Below the pieces are notes generated by a model. The model did not search any database. It saw only the letters and a list, made by a program, of their open reading frames with translations, and was not told the DNA's origin. A stretch of DNA of 64,000 nucleotides from an uncultured Planctomycetales bacterium (GTDB lineage Bacteria > Omnitrophota > Gorgyraeia > Zapsychrales > JAHFFX01), in assembly GCA_964612665.1 (NCBI GenBank), contig CAZTCI010000004.1, positions 78,376-142,375 on the forward strand. The letters are read 5' to 3'. Made by a program: the position numbers and the translations under genes. The number at the start of each line of letters is the position of its first letter. The first letter of the stretch is position 1. This document shows positions 58,353-64,000 of the stretch, piece after piece.

Positions 58353-59285
58353 TTAATTTGTTTTGCGCTGATCACGGACGAAATTGCTTTTTTCTGAACT
58401 TTTAGCATATTTCTTAAGCTCAGCGCCAATTTCACTGATCTGTGCCACATGCGTAATTTTGTGGGTCGCGCTGCTAACAACACCAATGGAAATAGAAAGA
58501 AGGCTGGTTCTAATTTCATGGCCTTGACGGTCTTTGCCTAAAATGTAACCGTTTTTGCGGTCTTCCTCGTTATAAAATCCTGGAGCAATTTTATCAAAAT
58601 TTTGAATGATCGCTTGAGAGACGTTATCAACCTTATCATCGTCGGTAATAAATACAAAATCATCGCCGCCTATGTGTCCTAAGAAACCATCGGGTCCGCC
58701 GTGTGCACGAACAGCCTCAATTAAAATACGTCCCGTCGCCCGAATCACTTCATCACCTTTCTCAAAGCCATACTTATCATTGTAGATTTTAAATTTATCC
58801 AAGTCGGCGTATCCGACGGCAAAGACTTGTTTTCTTTCGATCCGTTGTAGTAATTCTTCCATAATGGAAGTGTTGCCCGGAAGACGCGTTAAGGGATTCG
58901 CATCGAGACTTCGAATCGTCCGCCGCAGAATCATACGAATACGCGCTAAAAGTTCTTCGGGTTCAAAGGGTTTGACCAGATAATCGTCGGCGCCGGCATC
59001 AATTCCGCCGACCATGTCTTTAACTTCACCTTTTCCGGTCAGCATGATGACGGGGATGTGTTGCAGCAAAATATCTTTTTTCAGCGTCTGGCAAAATTCA
59101 CGGCCGTTCATGACCGGCATCATGTAATCGGTGATGATAAGGTCAGGATTTTTTTGGTTGACCAGCTGTAATCCTTCCTTGCCGTTATTGGCCTGATAGA
59201 CCTCGTAATGTTCAGACAGTGTAAGCTGAAGAACATCCAAAATATCCGGATCGTCGTCGACTGTTAGAATTCTTTCTCGGTGCAT
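58353..59285 (-). CDS. Response regulator with a GGDEF-family output domain (non-canonical GGDDF motif)
   Basis: 310 aa. The REC domain is ...ILTVDDDPDILDVL...PDLIITDYMMPVMNG.... The GGDEF fold is ...YADLDKFKIYNDKYGFEKGDEVI...GHIGGDDFVFI.... The signature reads GGDDF, and no RxxD I-site lies upstream of it. Confidence 0.75.
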   Translation of the reverse strand: MHRERILTVDDDPDILDVLQLTLSEHYEVYQANNGKEGLQLVNQKNPDLIITDYMMPVMNGREFCQTLKKDILLQHIPVIMLTGKGEVKDMVGGIDAGADDYLVKPFEPEELLARIRMILRRTIRSLDANPLTRLPGNTSIMEELLQRIERKQVFAVGYADLDKFKIYNDKYGFEKGDEVIRATGRILIEAVRAHGGPDGFLGHIGGDDFVFITDDDKVDNVSQAIIQNFDKIAPGFYNEEDRKNGYILGKDRQGHEIRTSLLSISIGVVSSATHKITHVAQISEIGAELKKYAKSSEKSNFVRDQRKTN

Positions 59286-59328
59286 AAATTAATCCTCGCT
59301 GTCTAATGAATCATTTTTAAACAAAGGC

Positions 59329-60846
59329 TTAAGCTTTTGGAGCCACAGGGATCGTAAAATAAAAAGTGGTTCCTTGATTTACTTTGCTGGTTACCCAAAT
59401 TTTTCCACGGTGAGCTTCAACGATATTTTTGACCAACGAAAGTCCAAGGCCGGTGCCTTTAACATTTTGATTGATTTCATTTTCAACGCGGTAGAATTCA
59501 TCAAAAAGTTTTGGCAGATCTTCTTCTTTAATGCCGATTCCTGTATCGCTCACCGAAAATAACACCATCTCATCTTTATCAGGGCTGGCCGTGATTGTAA
59601 TAGTGCCGTTTTGCGGTGTAAATTTGATAGCGTTTCCGACGAGATTTATTAAGACCCGTTCGATTTGCTGGGCATCGACCAGAATTTCGGGCGTTTGGCC
59701 AGCGACTTCGGTTTTTAGTTGGATCATTTTGTCGCGCATCTGCGGTGTTAAAAGATCGCGCACATTGTCGATAAGTCCCACCACATTCTGTTTGCTGAAT
59801 TTCATTTCGACCCGTCCTGCTTCAATCCGGGCGATATCCAAAAGGTCATTAATCATTTTAACTAGGTTGTCCGAATGTTTGTTGATTTTTTCTAGACGTT
59901 CTTTGACCGGTAATGGGATTTCGCCCATTTTTCCGCTTATCAAAATAGAAGCGTAACCTTTAATCGAAGTTAGAGGCGTGCGCAGCTCATGCGAGACAGC
60001 GGAAATGAAGTCTGATTTCATTTTGCTTGTTCTTTGGACTTTTTCGAGTGCGGCAGCCAGTTCTTTTGTGCGGTCTTGTACTTTGGACTCAAGTTCTTGA
60101 CGGGAACGGTAAACTTGTTCAAAAAGTTTGGCGTTTTCCATCGCCTGGCTGATTTGGTCTGCCAAAATGGATAAAAGTTCTTCGTCACCTTGAGTGATGG
60201 TTGAACCGTCCGCGTGATTCCCGACGAAGACAAAACCAATAACACCCTCTTGGGCTAAAATGGGCGCGACGACAAAATGTTCGCTATTAAAAATTTGAAG
60301 AATTTTTTGTTTGCGCGGCACCGGCGCAGCCGCCGATGAAAACGTTGCGCCTTCTTTAAGGAAGCCCGCGAAAGTTGTGTCTTTATCAATTTGGGAAAGG
60401 ACAAAAAGGACTTCTTCTTTGGTGAAACCGGATTCAATCCGGCAATGGCTTTTCTTATAAGCATCGAACATGATAATGAGAATTTTTTCAAAACCCAACT
60501 CAGCGACGAGTGTTTGGCTTAAGCGTTTGAATATTTCTTCCGGGTCGAGGGTGGTGCTGATTAACCGTGAGGTTTTTTGGAGGGCATTAAGACCGTTTAA
60601 ACGTTTGTCGAGTTCTTCTTGCGCGCGGTTAAGTTCAAGATCGGTTTTGACAATGAGTTTGGCCTGTTCATCAAGTTCATCAAATGATTTCTTAATTTGG
60701 CTAAATGATAGTTCAAGTTGTTTGATGTTCTCCATTTTCCAGATTAAAAGAAACGAAAGAAAGCCAATAGCAAAGAAAAAGAATAAAACAGAGATGTTAA
60801 GGTAGATAGGGTCAAGCTGTTTAACTAATTGAGCAAACGCGTCCAT
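59329..60846 (-). CDS. Sensor histidine kinase with GAF domain
   Basis: 505 aa. N-terminal TM, a GAF-like region, HisKA (...SHELRTPLTSIKGY...) and HATPase_c (...DTGIGI...GTGLGLSLVK...). Confidence 0.85.
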   Translation of the reverse strand: MDAFAQLVKQLDPIYLNISVLFFFFAIGFLSFLLIWKMENIKQLELSFSQIKKSFDELDEQAKLIVKTDLELNRAQEELDKRLNGLNALQKTSRLISTTLDPEEIFKRLSQTLVAELGFEKILIIMFDAYKKSHCRIESGFTKEEVLFVLSQIDKDTTFAGFLKEGATFSSAAAPVPRKQKILQIFNSEHFVVAPILAQEGVIGFVFVGNHADGSTITQGDEELLSILADQISQAMENAKLFEQVYRSRQELESKVQDRTKELAAALEKVQRTSKMKSDFISAVSHELRTPLTSIKGYASILISGKMGEIPLPVKERLEKINKHSDNLVKMINDLLDIARIEAGRVEMKFSKQNVVGLIDNVRDLLTPQMRDKMIQLKTEVAGQTPEILVDAQQIERVLINLVGNAIKFTPQNGTITITASPDKDEMVLFSVSDTGIGIKEEDLPKLFDEFYRVENEINQNVKGTGLGLSLVKNIVEAHRGKIWVTSKVNQGTTFYFTIPVAPKA

Positions 60847-60850
60847 ATCC

Positions 60851-62047
60851 TTATCCTATGGCGAGTAGAGTAATCGTTTCGTTTTGCAACCGGAGGTTAC
60901 GGCTGGATGTTCCCCCGACGGCGGGCAGAGGAGCGATTTCACCATAGGTGTACATGCCGAATAAAGGAACGTTATCTCCCAAGATTTTTTTGATGCCCAA
61001 GATCTCTTTAAAGGCGTCACGGCCCATCAATTTATAACGGGCGAGCGATTCAAAAATCAAAACAAATTTCGGCGTTTTGCCTTTCATTGACTTTTGAATC
61101 GTCAGCGCGGCGTCCATGGCAGCTTGCTTACAAGATTCCTTATTGCCCAGCATTAAATGCACGCGTGAGCCTTGAGGAACTTCACCCTGACATACAATAC
61201 TCCCGTCTTCTAAGATGTCAATAGCATTCCGTAACAAAAATTGTTTTTCCTCCTCGAGATATATGCCTAAAGGATAAAAAACCGTCATGGGATTAAGCCG
61301 TTGCGTGCGCAGGTTAAAAGCTTCCTGTCCGAAAAATTCTTCATAAATGCTGTAGGCATTTTTACCATCGATTGTACGAATGAAAGGGCCATCGCTTTGA
61401 TCAATCATGCGCGGTTTTCCCAAAGGTCGCCATCCGTGCTGACAGGCGATGGCGACCGTAATATGCCCGCCGATCAATAACCCGACGGCACCATAGTTAA
61501 TCGGTTTATTACTATAGTATTGATAAGTCCTTTGAAACCGCAAATAATCACTTGTTCCCGCAGCAACAATAGGGAAAAGAGTGCCCAATGTTTCTTTAAA
61601 ACCATTGATGATAGGGTCGATGTTATTAATCAACCCGTCGGAAAGACAGATAAAAACTTGGCGAGGTTGGGGGCTCATATAATCAGCCAAAGTGCCTTTG
61701 GCTAAAAGACTGCCGTTTTGCCGGAAATCAAGTTTGGTCAAGTTATTTAACCCGCTTGTAGCAAAATGTAATTCGTCGGAGTTAATGGCCAAGATACCTA
61801 TACCGCGCATTTCAATGCCTTGAGACAAAATAAGCCCCGCGGTGCTGCCGCCGATCATGCGGGTGGGATGATCCAGCGTTTCGTTAATGGTCGTTAAAAC
61901 TTCCGGTGAATTATAATGGGGAGTGTGGAAAACAATCGCTAGGTCGACGGATTGTCGAACCGTTTCTTTAGCCTGATGCGCCGCTTCCCAAGCGGCCTTG
62001 GCGGGATTAGGGTTTTGGCTGAAACCGATACCAATGTACGTGGGCAC
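60851..62047 (-). CDS. FIST-domain sensory protein
   Basis: 398 aa. MPTYIGIGFSQNPNPAKAAWEAAHQA... is the typical FIST_N start, and a FIST_C region is present. First gene of the minus-strand operon. Confidence 0.65.
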   Translation of the reverse strand: MPTYIGIGFSQNPNPAKAAWEAAHQAKETVRQSVDLAIVFHTPHYNSPEVLTTINETLDHPTRMIGGSTAGLILSQGIEMRGIGILAINSDELHFATSGLNNLTKLDFRQNGSLLAKGTLADYMSPQPRQVFICLSDGLINNIDPIINGFKETLGTLFPIVAAGTSDYLRFQRTYQYYSNKPINYGAVGLLIGGHITVAIACQHGWRPLGKPRMIDQSDGPFIRTIDGKNAYSIYEEFFGQEAFNLRTQRLNPMTVFYPLGIYLEEEKQFLLRNAIDILEDGSIVCQGEVPQGSRVHLMLGNKESCKQAAMDAALTIQKSMKGKTPKFVLIFESLARYKLMGRDAFKEILGIKKILGDNVPLFGMYTYGEIAPLPAVGGTSSRNLRLQNETITLLAIG

Positions 62048-62309
62048 GTTTTACAAACTCCGTCGATGATTAAGCATAACATTACAAGTCTTAGGCGCAG
62101 CTTTCCAAGGTGAGGACAAGAAAATCCTTAAGATTTTTAAACATAAATAATATACATGATTTTTTTAAGCGAGTGAGAAGATTTGAAGGAAAGTTTTGGA
62201 GGTTGCTATAGCGGAGAAGATGTTTATGAAGGATCCCAACTCCTATTTTACTTCACGGCAGACATATTTCTGCGAAGCGGCCACATGAAAATATGACCGC
62301 GAAGCAGAA

Positions 62310-62384
62310 TAGCCCTAGCCGGATTTGAACCGGCGTTTTCTGCCTGAGAAGCAGACGTCCTGGACCAGGCTAGACGATGGGGCC
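62310..62384 (-). tRNA. tRNA-Glu (anticodon CUC)
   Basis: Manual fold of the reverse complement: GGCCCCA-TC-GTC-TAGCCTGGTCCAG-GAC-G-TCTGC-TTCTCAG-GCAGA-AAAC-GCCGG-TTCAAAT-CCGGC-TAGGGCT-A. The D- and T-arms are close to E. coli tRNA-Glu. The acceptor stem has one C6:A67 mismatch and a G1:U72 pair. Confidence 0.65.
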
Positions 62385-62716
62385 GCATAAAGTCATTTTA
62401 TGACCACGCGGCTTTAGCCGACGTGGCTCGTAGCTCATAGGTTTTTGGAATTGCGATGAGCTTGAATTGAAAGCTAAAAAAGAATAACATAATCGCCTTC
62501 GAGGTCAATAAAAAATTCTTTAAGCGAAGTGCTTACATGAGAGTGTGTCTTGCTTGTTTTGATAACACCGCAAAATTTAAAAATACTTGAATCTATTCTA
62601 AAAAAAGATCCGTAATCCTGAAGTTTAAATCTTTTTTAATCATTCAGCCAAACGAACCACCCTTCTGGTATACTTAAACCCTACCTATAAACAGACGTAC
62701 AATTCTTTACACCACA

Positions 62717-63850
62717 ATGTTCCAAGACAATTTCAAATTAGGCATCACCAAAGGCGGGCAGCTCGGCAAAATGCTTATCCAGGCTGCGATGGATTTTGAT
62801 CCAGCAATTCATATTCTCGACGATGATCCAGAATGTCCCTGCCGCAATTTCTGCACGTCTTTTACATCCGGCAATCCGCTTAATTTTGAAGTGCTTTATC
62901 AGTTCGGCAAAAAAGTCGATCTGCTCACGCTCGAAATCGAACATGTCAATGCTGAAGCCCTCGAACGTTTGAAACAAGAAAGCATTGCTGTTTATCCGGA
63001 TCCTTCCATAATCAAGATCGTCCAAGACAAAGGTGTTCAAAAGAAATTTTACGCCGAGCACGGCATTCCTACCGCTGAATTTCAATTGATTGAAGGTAAG
63101 AAAGAAATTTTAAACCATTCAAACCTTTTGCCAGCTGTTCAAAAAACGCGCAGGGCTGGTTACGACGGGAAAGGTGTATATAAAATTAATTCGGCGAAGG
63201 ATATGGGTGGTGCTTTTGATGAGCCAAGTGTTTTGGAAAAAAAAGTTCCTTTTGAAAAAGAGATTTCAGTCATTGTCACCCGCAGCCGCAGCGGCGAGCT
63301 CGCTGTCTTTCCAGTTATTGAACTGATGTTTCACCCTCAGAAGAATCTGGTTGAATTTTTATTCTCGCCTGCTAAGATCACAAATGAAGTTCAAGAAAAG
63401 GCGAAATCCATTGCCTGCCAGATTGCGACACAGTTGGCAATGGTGGGAGTCCTGGCTGTTGAAATGTTCGTTTTGGCCGACGGGCAAGTATTAGTAAACG
63501 AAATCGCTCCACGGCCGCACAACAGTGGTCACCATACGATCGAAGCAAATGTAACCTCGCAGTTTGAGCAACACCTTCGCGCGATCGTCGGCTTTCCGTT
63601 AGGCGACCCTTCGATGATCAAGCCTGCCGTTATGGTCAATCTTTTAGGTGAGGATGGTTTTAGCGGGCCTGTGGTTTATGAAGGGATCGAAACTATTTTA
63701 AAAGAGCCTGGCGTTTACGTTCATCTTTATGGCAAAAAGCTAACCAAACCTTATCGCAAGATGGGACATATTACCGTCGTGGCGGATACTTTGGAAGAAG
63801 CCTTAGGCAAAGCGAGGCGCATTCAAACAATAGTTAAGGTGAAGGCATGA
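62717..63850 (+). CDS. purK: N5-carboxyaminoimidazole ribonucleotide synthase
   Basis: 377 aa, ATP-grasp. ...[13 protein letters not shown]... is the PurK N-terminus. ...[18 protein letters not shown]... is the PurK signature. Confidence 0.88.
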   Translation: MFQDNFKLGITKGGQLGKMLIQAAMDFDPAIHILDDDPECPCRNFCTSFTSGNPLNFEVLYQFGKKVDLLTLEIEHVNAEALERLKQESIAVYPDPSIIKIVQDKGVQKKFYAEHGIPTAEFQLIEGKKEILNHSNLLPAVQKTRRAGYDGKGVYKINSAKDMGGAFDEPSVLEKKVPFEKEISVIVTRSRSGELAVFPVIELMFHPQKNLVEFLFSPAKITNEVQEKAKSIACQIATQLAMVGVLAVEMFVLADGQVLVNEIAPRPHNSGHHTIEANVTSQFEQHLRAIVGFPLGDPSMIKPAVMVNLLGEDGFSGPVVYEGIETILKEPGVYVHLYGKKLTKPYRKMGHITVVADTLEEALGKARRIQTIVKVKA

Positions 63851-64000
63851 AAATAAAACCATTGGTCGGCATCATCATGGGAAGCCGTTCGGATTTAGAA
63901 ATTATGTCGGAAGCAGGGGAAGTTCTTAAAGAATTAGGTGTCGCTTATGAAATAACCATCGTCTCTGCGCATCGAACGCCCAAACGGATGTTTGAATATG
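63847..64000 (+). CDS. purE: N5-CAIR mutase (partial, runs off the window end)
   Basis: [51 protein letters not shown] is the canonical PurE N-terminus. Its start overlaps the purK stop (ATGA). Confidence 0.85.
   Translation, partial: MKIKPLVGIIMGSRSDLEIMSEAGEVLKELGVAYEITIVSAHRTPKRMFEY

Noticed and set aside
1-64000. CRISPR arrays, rRNA genes, transposases and integrases
   Set aside because: Scanning found no regularly spaced direct repeats and no 16S/23S-like conserved stretches. No transposase or integrase motifs were seen either. Mobility is suggested only by the small palindromic repeat family.

Overview
This 64-kb window looks like a gene-dense chromosomal segment of an AT-rich bacterium; the lineage cannot be assigned from sequence alone. 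Nearly all genes are on the + strand and are mostly core metabolism. In order: a partial membrane glycosyltransferase (- strand), a peptidoglycan-binding lipoprotein, sucCD, a stand-alone Pta N-terminal (DRTGG) protein and a thiolase. Next comes a large nitrogen-assimilation block: a GAF-GAF-ANTAR regulator, two tandem promoter/leader/terminator units, then amtB, glnK, GS type III glnN, a class-I glutamine amidotransferase, nadE, gltB and gltD. A DUF4160/DUF2442 gene pair sits between gltB and gltD. After four hypothetical envelope/secreted proteins, a complete one-strand T2SS/type-IV-pilus-like cluster follows (gspE, F, G, three minor pseudopilins, K, L, M, C-like and the gspD secretin), flanked by a convergent secreted EEP-family nuclease. 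Downstream are a sugar-phosphate isomerase-like protein, an ECF sigma factor with an anti-sigma::vWA fusion, lnt, a Gln/Ala-rich repeat protein, glpK, glpD, carA, carB, purF, a small membrane protein, pyrG, tRNA-Leu(GAG), a membrane protein, rpe and an orphan Flp-like pilin. A minus-strand signalling operon (FIST sensor, GAF histidine kinase, REC-GGDEF regulator with a non-canonical GGDDF motif) follows, then tRNA-Glu(CUC), purK and the start of purE. Most notable for a second look: (i) the ANTAR-type antitermination architecture in front of the nitrogen genes, with a conserved GGGCAA(A)GGNGTCC box before three intrinsic terminators; (ii) the DUF4160/DUF2442 pair translationally coupled inside gltBD; (iii) a MITE/REP-like palindromic repeat present in two operon-internal positions; (iv) an exact 22-nt repeat shared between an intergenic region and the vWA coding sequence; (v) the ECF/anti-sigma-vWA module with a triple GTAACTT promoter repeat; (vi) the FIST-HK-GGDDF module. 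No CRISPR array, rRNA, transposase or integrase was seen.
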